Below, one piece after another: positions 30,112-38,717 of a stretch of DNA of 64,000 nucleotides. Under the pieces are notes generated by a model. It was not told the DNA's origin. It did not search any database and worked only from the letters and a program-made list of their open reading frames with translations. Each line of letters opens with the position of its first letter. The first letter of the stretch is position 1. Where the stretch lies: contig DOAO01000007.1 in the NCBI GenBank assembly GCA_003504275.1, positions 75,535 through 139,534 on the forward strand. Direction: 5' to 3'. Both the position numbers and the translations under genes were made by a program. This DNA is from Patescibacteria group bacterium. GTDB lineage: Bacteria; Patescibacteriota; Minisyncoccia; Phycocordibacterales; UBA12445.

Positions 30112-32304
30112 ATGAGTAATATAAGCACAGAAAAGCTTCTTAAAAACGCAATTATCGGCGGATTATTTTTAATTCCTTTTTTGCCTTTCATTGTGTCCGG
30201 TTCATTGTTCTTTCCGTTTATAACAGGGAAGAATTTTGCATTTCGTATAATTATAGAAATAGTTTTTGCTCTTTGGCTTGCTCTTATTATTTTTGATAGA
30301 AATTATTTACCAAAGAAGAGTGATATTATTATCTCAGTTCTTTCTTTTGTTGGAATAATTGCACTAGCTGATTTTTTGGGAGTAAATTCATTCAAGAGCT
30401 TCTGGTCAAATTACGAAAGAATGGAGGGACTGGTTTCCTTGTTACACGTTCTGGCATATTTCATTCTTCTTGTTTCTGTTTTTAATGAAAAAATTTGGAA
30501 ATATTTTTTTAATACGATACTTGTTTCCGGAATAGGCCTCTACGCAGTAGGGACTCTTCAGCTTATGGGAAAGGTGGCGATACATCAGAGTGGTACCAGA
30601 TTAGATGCTACTTTTGGAAACTCGTCATACTTTGCTGTTTATATGCTTTTTCTAGCATTCTTGGGCGCTCTATTTTTCTTTAGAAATAAGATTGAAAATA
30701 ATTTTTATTCTTGGTTTTATGGTTTTGTTTCCCTCTTCGCTGTATTTATGTTGGCGCAGACAGCTACTAGAGGTACTGCTATCGGCCTTGTAATGGGTGT
30801 TATTGTTTCATCTGCTATTCTCGTGTGGCAGGGAGATGAGACGCAAAAAAAGATAGCTAAATATATTATTGGTGGAATAGCGGGGGTTATTCTTCTTTTC
30901 TTTTTTGTTAAAGAAATTCCTGCAATAAAAAGTCACCCTATCTTAGGGCGATTTGCTGAACTCTCTGTTACAAGCATAATGAACCAACCTAGATATATGG
31001 TTTGGAATATGGCATATCAGGGTTTTAAGGAAAGACCTATTCTTGGATGGGGTCAGGAGAATTTTAATGTTGTTTTCAACAAAAATTATGAGCCGAAAAT
31101 GTATTCTCAAGAACCTTGGTTTGATAGGGCGCATAATGTTTTCTTCGATTGGTTGATTGCGGGTGGGATTTTAGGATTGTTGTCTTATCTCTCTATATTT
31201 TTCTTTTCAATTCGTGCTATTTGGAATAACAAGAAGACAAAAAAACTGTCTCTCCTGGATAGATCTATTCTCACAGGTCTTCTTACTGGATACTTTATTC
31301 ATAATTTTTTCGTTTTCGATAATCTTTTGAGCTACGTGATGTTCTTTGCGGTTATTGCATATATATGTCACGAATCAGGTGGAATAGCTGTAAAGAGCAA
31401 GGAGAAACCAGTATCCCTTATTAAAGATGAGCTTTGGGTTTATGTAGCGGTTTCAGTCATTATTGTGTCTGTTTCAATGTGTTTGTATTTTGTAAACATT
31501 AAACCGATAATGGCCTCTAGGACTTTAATCAAGGCTCTATCCTCAAGGACCATTAATGAAACTTCTGATTATTTCAAAAAAGCTATTTCATACAACACAT
31601 TTGGCACCACAGAATCAAGGGAGCAATTAGTACAAAGATCAATGTCTATTTCTAGGTCCAGCGAAATAGATGCAACAACAAAACAATCTTTCTTTTTACT
31701 TGCGAGAGAAGAGATGAATAAGCAGATAGAGCTTTTCCCGTCAGATGCAAGGTATAGAGTTTTTCAGGGGGCATTATATTCAACCTATGGATTTCTTGAT
31801 GACGCCATAAGGGAGTTTGTGTCTGCTAACGAGCTCTCTCCCAGAAAACAAAATATTATGTTTGAGCTAGTTTCTGCTCTATTGAATAAGGGAGATTATG
31901 CTAACGCGCTTGTTATTGCGGAAAAAACTTTCAGATTAGAAGAAACTTATATTGATGCCAGGAAAATTTATGCGGTAACCCTTATTTATAATAAGGAGTT
32001 TAATAAGGCAGAAGAATTACTCGCTGAAGTTTATGGAGAAGGGGTGATTGTTGTAGATGACCGTATAATAAATGCCTATGCTGCAACAAAACAATACAAG
32101 AAGATAATTGAGATATGGAAAAAGAGAATTGAGTCAGAACCAACAAATGCTCAGTATCATGTATATCTGTCTGCTAGTTATTTGGCTGATGGTCAGAGAA
32201 CTAATTCAATCTCTGAACTTAGAAAAGCAGTGGAGCTCAATCCTCCATTTGCGCCTCAGGCTGAAATATATATAAAGGAAATAAAGGCCGGTAGGAATCC
32301 TTAA
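30112..32304 (+). CDS. O-antigen ligase/oligosaccharyltransferase family membrane protein with C-terminal TPR repeats
   Basis: ATFGNSSY, TATRG, R...W......KERPILGWG.ENF, DRAHN; helical TPR-like tail. Confidence 0.85.
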   Translation: MSNISTEKLLKNAIIGGLFLIPFLPFIVSGSLFFPFITGKNFAFRIIIEIVFALWLALIIFDRNYLPKKSDIIISVLSFVGIIALADFLGVNSFKSFWSNYERMEGLVSLLHVLAYFILLVSVFNEKIWKYFFNTILVSGIGLYAVGTLQLMGKVAIHQSGTRLDATFGNSSYFAVYMLFLAFLGALFFFRNKIENNFYSWFYGFVSLFAVFMLAQTATRGTAIGLVMGVIVSSAILVWQGDETQKKIAKYIIGGIAGVILLFFFVKEIPAIKSHPILGRFAELSVTSIMNQPRYMVWNMAYQGFKERPILGWGQENFNVVFNKNYEPKMYSQEPWFDRAHNVFFDWLIAGGILGLLSYLSIFFFSIRAIWNNKKTKKLSLLDRSILTGLLTGYFIHNFFVFDNLLSYVMFFAVIAYICHESGGIAVKSKEKPVSLIKDELWVYVAVSVIIVSVSMCLYFVNIKPIMASRTLIKALSSRTINETSDYFKKAISYNTFGTTESREQLVQRSMSISRSSEIDATTKQSFFLLAREEMNKQIELFPSDARYRVFQGALYSTYGFLDDAIREFVSANELSPRKQNIMFELVSALLNKGDYANALVIAEKTFRLEETYIDARKIYAVTLIYNKEFNKAEELLAEVYGEGVIVVDDRIINAYAATKQYKKIIEIWKKRIESEPTNAQYHVYLSASYLADGQRTNSISELRKAVELNPPFAPQAEIYIKEIKAGRNP

Positions 32305-32345
32305 AAAATATTTGCTGTAAATAAGCTGTTTTGGTAATATATAGG

Positions 32346-32442
32346 AGTGAGCGTTGTTCAATAATAATTATTTTATTTGAACTGCACTTCATTAAGCAAG
32401 TACAAGCGCAAAACCCCCGAAAGGGGGTTTTGCGTTTTTTTT
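32346..32442 (+). ncRNA. Candidate ~95-nt small RNA with its own promoter and terminator
   Basis: TTGCTG(32312)-17 bp-TAATAT(32335) with extended TG; internal hairpin; terminator CGCAAAACCCCC-GAAA-GGGGGTTTTGCG followed by T8; no ORF. Confidence 0.5.
32407..32442 (+). terminator. Strong intrinsic terminator
   Basis: 12-bp stem, GAAA loop, T8 tail. Confidence 0.85.
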
Positions 32443-32782
32443 GTGGAATTGATAAAATTATAGGTAGATCTTTTGTTTAGTTAAGGTTGGCGGAACGCTC
32501 ACATCTTTTGTACTTGTGGAGTTTGTTTCCGCCAACTTTAAGTAGATGAAAACTTGTCCGCCAAAATTTTTATATAATAAATAAAATTGTGCGGTAATAT
32601 TTTAAATAGGTATTAATTTATTTTATCGTTGAAATTGATTGTATAAAAATTTAGGAGGATGAATTTTAAAAAAAAACGAGAGCAATCTCGTTTTTTTCTT
32701 GCCCCGTTAGAAGTTCTCCATTCGGATTAATGCGATTCCCGTCAGAATGACAGTCTCGTCGGGTCAGCATCCACTCGCCACC

Positions 32783-32865
32783 GTCTTTGCGAGACCGAAG
32801 GTCGTGGCAATCCAGAAAGTATTATGAACAATCTGGATTGCTTCAAGCTTCGCTTTCGCAAAGAC
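32783..32865. repeat. REP-like inverted pair (GTCTTTGCGAG..GCAATCCAG / CTGGATTGC..CGCAAAGAC)
   Basis: Two facing palindromic units; same family as 63507-63653. Confidence 0.75.
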
Positions 32866-32899
32866 GATAAGAAATATTTTTTGTAAATTATTTTTCGCT

Positions 32900-32989
32900 G
32901 TCTTTGCGAGATTTAAAAATTTTAGAAGCTCAACCTCCTAAAAAAGAGGTTGAGCTTCTTTTTAAAAAATTTTTAAATCTCGAAATGAC
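32900..32989. repeat. Nested palindrome: REP-like shell around the same 28-bp core as 29931-29958
   Basis: 24-bp arms, 22/24 complementary; core 32928-32955. Confidence 0.85.
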
Positions 32990-33162
32990 GACAAGAAATA
33001 TTTTTTATTTTATTTTTTTAAAGTTATCCACATATTTTTTATTTTTTTTATTACAAAAAATTTTTTTATGTGAGATAATTAAATTATTAGAGCAACATCA
33101 TCACAAGAATTTTTATTTAAAAAGGTCGGATGTTGTCTCCAAGCAAAAAAAAGAAAAATAAA

Positions 33163-33249
33163 ATGGCAGCAAAAAAGAAAGCAAAGAAAGTAGTAAAGAA
33201 AGCAGTAAAGAAAGTTGCAAAGAAGAAAGTTGCAAAGAAGAAGAAATAG
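33163..33249 (+). CDS. 28-aa Lys/Ala/Val-rich basic peptide (histone H1-like / nucleoid-type)
   Basis: MAAKKKAKKVVKKAVKKVAKKKVAKKKK*, followed directly by a terminator; below the ORF-track size cutoff. Confidence 0.65.
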   Translation: MAAKKKAKKVVKKAVKKVAKKKVAKKKK

Positions 33250-33258
33250 TTTTTAACA

Positions 33259-33294
33259 AAAAGAAAACCCTCCTAATCGGAGGGTTTTCTTTTT
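33259..33294 (+). terminator. Intrinsic terminator
   Basis: AAAGAAAACCCTCC-TAATC-GGAGGGTTTTCTTTTT. Confidence 0.8.
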
Positions 33295-33405
33295 GTTTAA
33301 TTTCACAATTTGCAAATTATATTCCGGCCTAGATTTTTTCTGTTATTTTGCTCTCAAATGAGCTAGTATAATTAAATAGCTTTTATTTATCCTAAACACT
33401 AAATC

Positions 33406-35904
33406 ATGTATATATTAGATAAAATATTTGGAAGCAGAAACGACAAGGAAATAAAGAATATGGGGCCCATTGTAGAAAAAGTGGCCTCTTTTGGCGATTC
33501 CTTAAAAACACTTTCCGACGAGCAACTTTCTTTAAAAACAAAAGATTTTAGGGAGAGGATTGCTAAGGGGGAAACCTTAAACGATATTTTGCCCGAAGCT
33601 TTTGCTGTAGTGAGAGAGGTTTCAACAAGATTGTTAAATCAGAGACATTACGATGTTCAGATAATGGGTGGTATTGTTTTGCATGAAGGTAAAATTGCAG
33701 AAATGAGAACGGGAGAAGGAAAGACACTCGTCGCAACCTTACCTGCTTATCTGAATGCACTTGCGGGACACGTTCATGTCGTAACAGTAAATGATTATCT
33801 TGCGAGAAGAGACTCTGTGTGGATGGGACAGATATATTCTTTTTTGGGACTTTCTGTTTCTGTTATAAATCACGAGTCTTCTTATTTGTATGATCCAAAA
33901 CATAGTGAGGCGGACAAAGAAAGAGATGAGCTCGGGTCTTTTAAAATTGTTTATGAATTTTTGAGACCGTGTACAAGAAGAGAAGCATACTTGGCTGATA
34001 TTGTTTATGGAACAAATCACGAATTTGGTTTTGATTATTTGCGTGACAATATTGCATACGAGGAAAGAAACATAGTTCAGAGCTTTGGTGATTTTTCTGA
34101 AAAGTCTGCCTATAATTTTGCAATCATAGATGAGGTTGACTCTATTTTGATAGATGAATCAAGAACGCCTCTTATTATTTCTGCCCCGGCTGGTGAATCA
34201 GAAGACCTTTATGCAACTTTTGCAAAGATAGCATCATCCATGAATGAAGTTGAAGATTATGCAATAGACGAAAAGCTTAAGGCAATAACTTTAACAGATG
34301 CAGGTATTACAAAAGCGGAAAAAGCTCTTGGTGTTTCAAATATATATACAGAAGGAGGTGTAAAATTTGTACACCACCTAGAATCAGCTGTTAAGGCGAA
34401 GGCTTTGTTTACGCTGGATAAGGACTATGTCGTTAAGAATGGCGAAGTCATAATCGTTGACGAATTTACAGGAAGACTTCAGCCTGGGAGGCGCTGGTCT
34501 GACGGTCTCCATCAAGCAATAGAGGCGAAAGAGGGTGCACGTGTGCAAAAGGAATCAAAGACGATGGCCACCATCACTATTCAGAATTATTTTAGAATGT
34601 ATCAGAAATTATCCGGAATGACCGGAACAGCGCTTACTTCCGCTGAGGAATTTTTGAGTGTATATAATTTAGACACGATAGCAATTCCTCCAAATAAAAT
34701 AAGTAAAAGAAAAGATGTTGACGACCTCGTTTTTCAAAGTGAAGAGGGCAAGATAAAAGCGATTACTGCTAAAATAAAAGAGCTAAACAAGAAGGGTCAG
34801 CCTGTACTTGTTGGTACTGTTTCTATAGAGAAAAATGAAGTGCTTTCTAAATATTTAGAAAGAGAGGGTATTAAGCATAGTGTTCTTAACGCCAAGAATC
34901 ATGAGAAAGAAGGAGAAATTGTTGCCGAGGCCGGTAAAAAGGGTAGTGTCGTTATCGCAACCAACATGGCTGGAAGAGGTGTTGATATCAAGCTTGGTGG
35001 TCCAATGGCTAATAAGGAAGAAATGGAAGAGATCAGGGGGCTTGGAGGGCTATTTGTACTTGGTACAGAAAGGCACGATGCCAGAAGAATTGATAATCAA
35101 TTAAGGGGAAGAAGCGGAAGACAGGGTGATGAAGGGGAAACTCAATTTTTTGTTTCTCTGGAGGATCCTTTGATAAGAATCTTCGCTTCAGACATGGTAA
35201 AGAATATGATGGGTAGGCTTGGTATACCAGAAGATGAAGCTATACAAAATAGGCTTGTTACAAGATCTATAGAAAGCGCACAGACAAAGATTGAGGGGAT
35301 AAATTTTGACTCTAGAAAACATCTTCTTGAATATGACGATGTTATGAATATTCAAAGGAAGACTGTTTATGAAAAGAGGAGAAAAATACTTTTGGGTGAT
35401 AAAGAATATTTAGAATCATTCTTGAATGAAATATCAGCGGGAGATGAAGATGTCGCTAATTTTGTTAAAAAATTAAAGGAAGAATTAGGTGAGGATAATT
35501 TCTTTGCGTCATTAAAAATACTGTCACTTCAGGTTGTGGATATGATTTGGACCGATCATTTGGAGATGATGGATCACATGAGGTCTAGCGTCAGGTTGCG
35601 TGCTTATGGACAGAGAGACCCTTTGGTTGAATACAAGAAAGAGGGAATAAAGCTATTTAGAGAAATAGAAGACACCATAGCAGATAGTATAGTGAAACTT
35701 CTGCCTACGTTGCGGGGTAATAATGTAATGATGTCGTCTGACGGCGCTGAGTTAAAAGAAGTGCATGACTCCGCTAGTCTTGTTGGGAATTCCGAAGACG
35801 AGGATCATGCCAAAATGGAATCTGAAAAAGAGGTCGTCGGTAGAAACGAACCATGTCCTTGCGGGAGCGGAAAAAAGTACAAGAAGTGCTGTGGGAATAA
35901 ATAG
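33406..35904 (+). CDS. secA: Preprotein translocase subunit SecA
   Basis: EMRTGEGKT, DEVDSILIDE, ATNMAGRG, QLRGRSGRQG, C-terminal GRNEPCPCGSGKKYKKCC. Confidence 0.98.
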   Translation: MYILDKIFGSRNDKEIKNMGPIVEKVASFGDSLKTLSDEQLSLKTKDFRERIAKGETLNDILPEAFAVVREVSTRLLNQRHYDVQIMGGIVLHEGKIAEMRTGEGKTLVATLPAYLNALAGHVHVVTVNDYLARRDSVWMGQIYSFLGLSVSVINHESSYLYDPKHSEADKERDELGSFKIVYEFLRPCTRREAYLADIVYGTNHEFGFDYLRDNIAYEERNIVQSFGDFSEKSAYNFAIIDEVDSILIDESRTPLIISAPAGESEDLYATFAKIASSMNEVEDYAIDEKLKAITLTDAGITKAEKALGVSNIYTEGGVKFVHHLESAVKAKALFTLDKDYVVKNGEVIIVDEFTGRLQPGRRWSDGLHQAIEAKEGARVQKESKTMATITIQNYFRMYQKLSGMTGTALTSAEEFLSVYNLDTIAIPPNKISKRKDVDDLVFQSEEGKIKAITAKIKELNKKGQPVLVGTVSIEKNEVLSKYLEREGIKHSVLNAKNHEKEGEIVAEAGKKGSVVIATNMAGRGVDIKLGGPMANKEEMEEIRGLGGLFVLGTERHDARRIDNQLRGRSGRQGDEGETQFFVSLEDPLIRIFASDMVKNMMGRLGIPEDEAIQNRLVTRSIESAQTKIEGINFDSRKHLLEYDDVMNIQRKTVYEKRRKILLGDKEYLESFLNEISAGDEDVANFVKKLKEELGEDNFFASLKILSLQVVDMIWTDHLEMMDHMRSSVRLRAYGQRDPLVEYKKEGIKLFREIEDTIADSIVKLLPTLRGNNVMMSSDGAELKEVHDSASLVGNSEDEDHAKMESEKEVVGRNEPCPCGSGKKYKKCCGNK

Positions 35905-35908
35905 AAAC

Positions 35909-36124
35909 ATGTTAAATATAAAATTGGGAAAATACGAGCATTATAAAGGAAAGCTCTATGAAGTGGTTGGAGTCGCCCGACATAGTGAGACTTTAGAGAG
36001 CATGGTTGTTTATAGACACTTGTCTGATGATGGTGGATTATGGGTTCGTCCAGCGAAAATGTTTGAGGAAATGATCAATATTGATGGTGATGTTGTGCCT
36101 CGTTTTAAATATATAGAAGAATAA
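35909..36124 (+). CDS. DUF1653 family protein
   Basis: G.YEHYKG..YEV.GVARHSET.E.MVVYR.L....LWVRP..MF.E; ATG at 35909. Confidence 0.85.
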   Translation: MLNIKLGKYEHYKGKLYEVVGVARHSETLESMVVYRHLSDDGGLWVRPAKMFEEMINIDGDVVPRFKYIEE

Positions 36125-36128
36125 GTTT

Positions 36129-36560
36129 ATGGAACATGTGGCGATAATGAAAAGATCTTGGAAGCACATAGAAAAAATCTTGAGTGGCGAGAAGAATATT
36201 GAATCGCGCTGGTATTCAATGAAATGTAGACCGTGGAATTTAATAAAAAAGGGAGAAAAGATTTATTTTAAAGATTCTGGTGGTGTAATTAGGATAAAAG
36301 CAGAGGTCAATAAAGTCTTACAGTTTGACGGTCTTGTTTCGAAAGAAGTGCAAGAAATATTAAATAAATACGGAAAAGATATCGGAATACAAAAAGATCA
36401 GAGTAAAGAATTTTTTGAAAGATTTAAAAATAAAAAATATTGCATACTTGTGTTTTTGAATAATATTACAGAAATTAAACCTTTTGATATAAATAAAACC
36501 GGATTTGGGATGATGTCAGCATGGATAACAGTAGACAGTATTTCAAAAATTAAAAAATAA
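36129..36560 (+). CDS. ASCH/PUA-like domain protein
   Basis: ILSGEKNIESR..P...IKKGEKIYF. Confidence 0.65.
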   Translation: MEHVAIMKRSWKHIEKILSGEKNIESRWYSMKCRPWNLIKKGEKIYFKDSGGVIRIKAEVNKVLQFDGLVSKEVQEILNKYGKDIGIQKDQSKEFFERFKNKKYCILVFLNNITEIKPFDINKTGFGMMSAWITVDSISKIKK

Positions 36561-36566
36561 TTTTTT

Positions 36567-37469
36567 ATGAAAAATAAAAAAGTAAAAGTTGTGGTCACCG
36601 GCGGTGCTGGATTCATCGGTTCAAATTTAGTTGACGCACTTATTTCTGAGGATTTTAATGTTCATGTTATTGATAATCTGTCTGGTGGCAAAAAAGAGAA
36701 TGTTAACAAAAAAGCCAAGTTACACATTGCCGACATAACGGATCTAAAACAGATAAAACCTATATTCAAAAAGGCTGAATATGTATTTCATTTGGCCGCT
36801 TTACCCAGGGTGCAATATTCCATAGAACATCCTAAGGAGACAAATGAAGCCAATGTTAATGGAACATTGAATGTGCTCATTGCGTCTAAGGGTGCAGGGG
36901 TTAAAAAAGTTGTCTATTCTGCTTCAAGTTCGGCTTATGGAGATCAAAAAATAATGCCACTTAAAGAAGATATGAAGGCAAGTCCAAAGAGTCCTTACGG
37001 CCTCCAGAAACATATAGGAGAATTATATTGTAAGATTTTTAGTGATGTTTATAGTTTGCCGACCGTTTCTTTAAGGTATTTTAATGTTTATGGACCAAGA
37101 CAAAGTTCAGAAGGCGCTTATGCTTTGGTCATCGCCAAGTTTTTAAAACAAAAAGCAGAAGGGAAGATGATGACAATTACGGGTAGCGGGAAACAAACCA
37201 GAGATTTTACACATGTGAGCGATGTCGTTCGTGCAAATATTCTTGCCATGAAAAGTAATAAGGTTGGAAAAGGGGAGGTTGTAAATATTGGATGTGGAAA
37301 TAATCAGTCTATAAATAAGATTGCGAAATTAATTGGAGGAGAGGTTGCGTATATTCCAGCAAGACTTGAGCCGAAAGACACACTAGCCGATAATTCATTG
37401 GCAAAAAAATTACTCAGTTGGGTGCCAAAGGTAAAGATAGAGGAGGGGGTAGCGTGGCTGAAAGAATAA
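36567..37469 (+). CDS. NAD-dependent nucleotide-sugar epimerase/dehydratase
   Basis: VTGGAGFIGS, FHLAA, SPYGLQK, LRYFNVYGPRQ, TRDFTHV. Confidence 0.92.
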   Translation: MKNKKVKVVVTGGAGFIGSNLVDALISEDFNVHVIDNLSGGKKENVNKKAKLHIADITDLKQIKPIFKKAEYVFHLAALPRVQYSIEHPKETNEANVNGTLNVLIASKGAGVKKVVYSASSSAYGDQKIMPLKEDMKASPKSPYGLQKHIGELYCKIFSDVYSLPTVSLRYFNVYGPRQSSEGAYALVIAKFLKQKAEGKMMTITGSGKQTRDFTHVSDVVRANILAMKSNKVGKGEVVNIGCGNNQSINKIAKLIGGEVAYIPARLEPKDTLADNSLAKKLLSWVPKVKIEEGVAWLKE

Positions 37470-37479
37470 ATATCTAAAA

Positions 37480-37941
37480 ATGGCTACGATACATAGATTT
37501 GAGGATTTGATTTGTTGGAAGAAAGCTCGTGAGCTTACGAAGGAGATATATAAAGCTTTTAAGGATAGTAAAGATCGTGGGCTGAAGGACCAGATTGAAC
37601 GTGCGGCGGTTTCTGTAATGAGCAATATTGCAGAGGGTTTTGAAAGAGGCACTAAACAAGAGTTTCTGAATTATCTTTTTATCGCAAAAGGTTCGGCAGG
37701 AGAAGTAAGATCACAGCTTTATATAGCACTTGATGTTGGTTATTTAAATATTGAAACATTTAAATATTTAAATTCTCTGGCAACGGAAAATTCACGTCTC
37801 ATCCAGAGTTTTACCGAGAAGGTAAGGGGTGGTTCACGTGCGGGAACGCAATTTAAGAAACTAGACAAAAAGGACCCTTTAGAAGAAATTATAAAAGAGA
37901 AGTCCCCAGAGCTTTACGAAAAATTTTACGGAAAAAATTAA
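37480..37941 (+). CDS. Four-helix bundle protein (23S rRNA intervening-sequence protein family)
   Basis: FEDL.CWKKA, LKDQI.RAAVSVMSNIAEGFER, IAKGSAGEVRSQL. Confidence 0.88.
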   Translation: MATIHRFEDLICWKKARELTKEIYKAFKDSKDRGLKDQIERAAVSVMSNIAEGFERGTKQEFLNYLFIAKGSAGEVRSQLYIALDVGYLNIETFKYLNSLATENSRLIQSFTEKVRGGSRAGTQFKKLDKKDPLEEIIKEKSPELYEKFYGKN

Positions 37942-37950
37942 TAAATTTAT

Positions 37951-38327
37951 AGACGTCCAGCAGGATTAGGTCATATATAATTTTTCTGACGATTAGCAGG
38001 ATTAGGCCACGAGTTACTAATTCGCTTCGCTCATAAGTACTCTCGGCCCCGCCTCAGCTCCCATTCTTGCAGAATGGGTCCCGCTTCCGGCTTTCAAATC
38101 CTGCTGTGGCGCTACAAAACAAAAAACACCCAAATGCTTTCGCATTTGAGGTGTTTGTTTTGTGCGCCCAGCAGGATCTTTTCTCTACGAGAACAGTATA
38201 GGTTTCCCATTTTTTCGGATTAAAATCCTCAAAAATAAGGGAGAACCTTTTCAAATCCTGACGCAAGGTAAGCAGTTACCTTGCTTGGGCGCAAGAGAAA
38301 AAACAGGCTAAAGCCTGTTTTTTGTTG
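37951..38327 (-). repeat. Tandem tRNA-Lys 3'-tail modules (antisense and sense copies of the tRNA 3' end separated by hairpins)
   Basis: Sense copy 38161-38177, partial sense copies near 37995-38003 and 37958-37967; antisense copies 38286-38293, 38250-38260 and 38093-38112. Confidence 0.8.
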
Positions 38328-38400
38328 TGCGCCCAGCAGGATTTGAACCTGCGACCCTCCGCTTAAGAGGCGGTTGCTCTACCAACTGAGCTATGGGCGC
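38328..38400 (-). tRNA. tRNA-Lys(CTT)
   Basis: GCGCCCATAGCTCAGTTGGTAGAGC..CT-CTT-AA..GGTTCAAATCCTGCTGGGCGCA; CCA not encoded. Confidence 0.93.
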
Positions 38401-38444
38401 TTGATTTGCTGATTTAAAATAACACTTTTAATCTTTTTTTTCAA

Positions 38445-38609
38445 TGTGCCCGAGGTGAATCTTCCTCTACGAGGACTGTATAGCTTTCCCATTTATTCAG
38501 AGCAAAGCTCTTCATAAATAAGGGAGAAGCTTTTCGACTCCCTCACGCAGACCAAGCAGTTGGTCTGCTTCGGCATAAAATCAAAACCAAAAGATGGTTT
38601 ATGATTTTG
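38445..38609 (-). repeat. tRNA-Leu 3'-tail module, same scaffold as the Lys module
   Basis: Shared AACTGCTT hairpin, TTCTCCCTTATTT..AAATGGGAAA stem and CTC-GTA-GAG hairpin; antisense GAGGGAGTCGAA at 38533-38544. Confidence 0.8.
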
Positions 38610-38693
38610 TGCCCAGAGAGGGAGTCGAACCCTCAATCCCTTGCGGGCGACAGATTTTAAGTCTGTAGCGTATACCAATTCCGCCATCTGGGC
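38610..38693 (-). tRNA. tRNA-Leu(TAA)
   Basis: GCCCAGATGGCGGAATTGGTATACGC, ACAGA-CT-TAA-AA-TCTGT, long variable arm, GGTTCGACTCC. Confidence 0.93.
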
Positions 38694-38717
38694 ATTAGAC
38701 CCTTTTTTAGGATCTTG

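Noticed and set aside
33024-33032. Perfect DnaA box TTATCCACA (also on the reverse strand at 63479-63487) as oriC
   Set aside because: Isolated boxes with no cluster and no dnaA/dnaN nearby.
32904-33161. 85-aa ORF
   Set aside because: TTG start inside a palindrome, running through low-complexity A/T sequence.
38161-38293. Extra or intron-split tRNA genes in the tails
   Set aside because: No D-arm or anticodon arm, and the T-loop copies are in antisense orientation.
37480-38330. Diversity-generating retroelement (Avd-like four-helix protein beside repeats)
   Set aside because: No reverse transcriptase and no TR/VR pair differing at adenines; the repeats are derived from tRNA ends.
37951-38609. 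CRISPR array or prophage att sites
   Set aside because: No constant repeat-spacer period and no cas genes; the tRNA-end duplicates are about 170 bp apart with no integrase between them.
38054-38687. ORFs 38054-38266 and 38493-38687
   Set aside because: They overlap tRNA-Leu or the tRNA-tail elements and are spurious.
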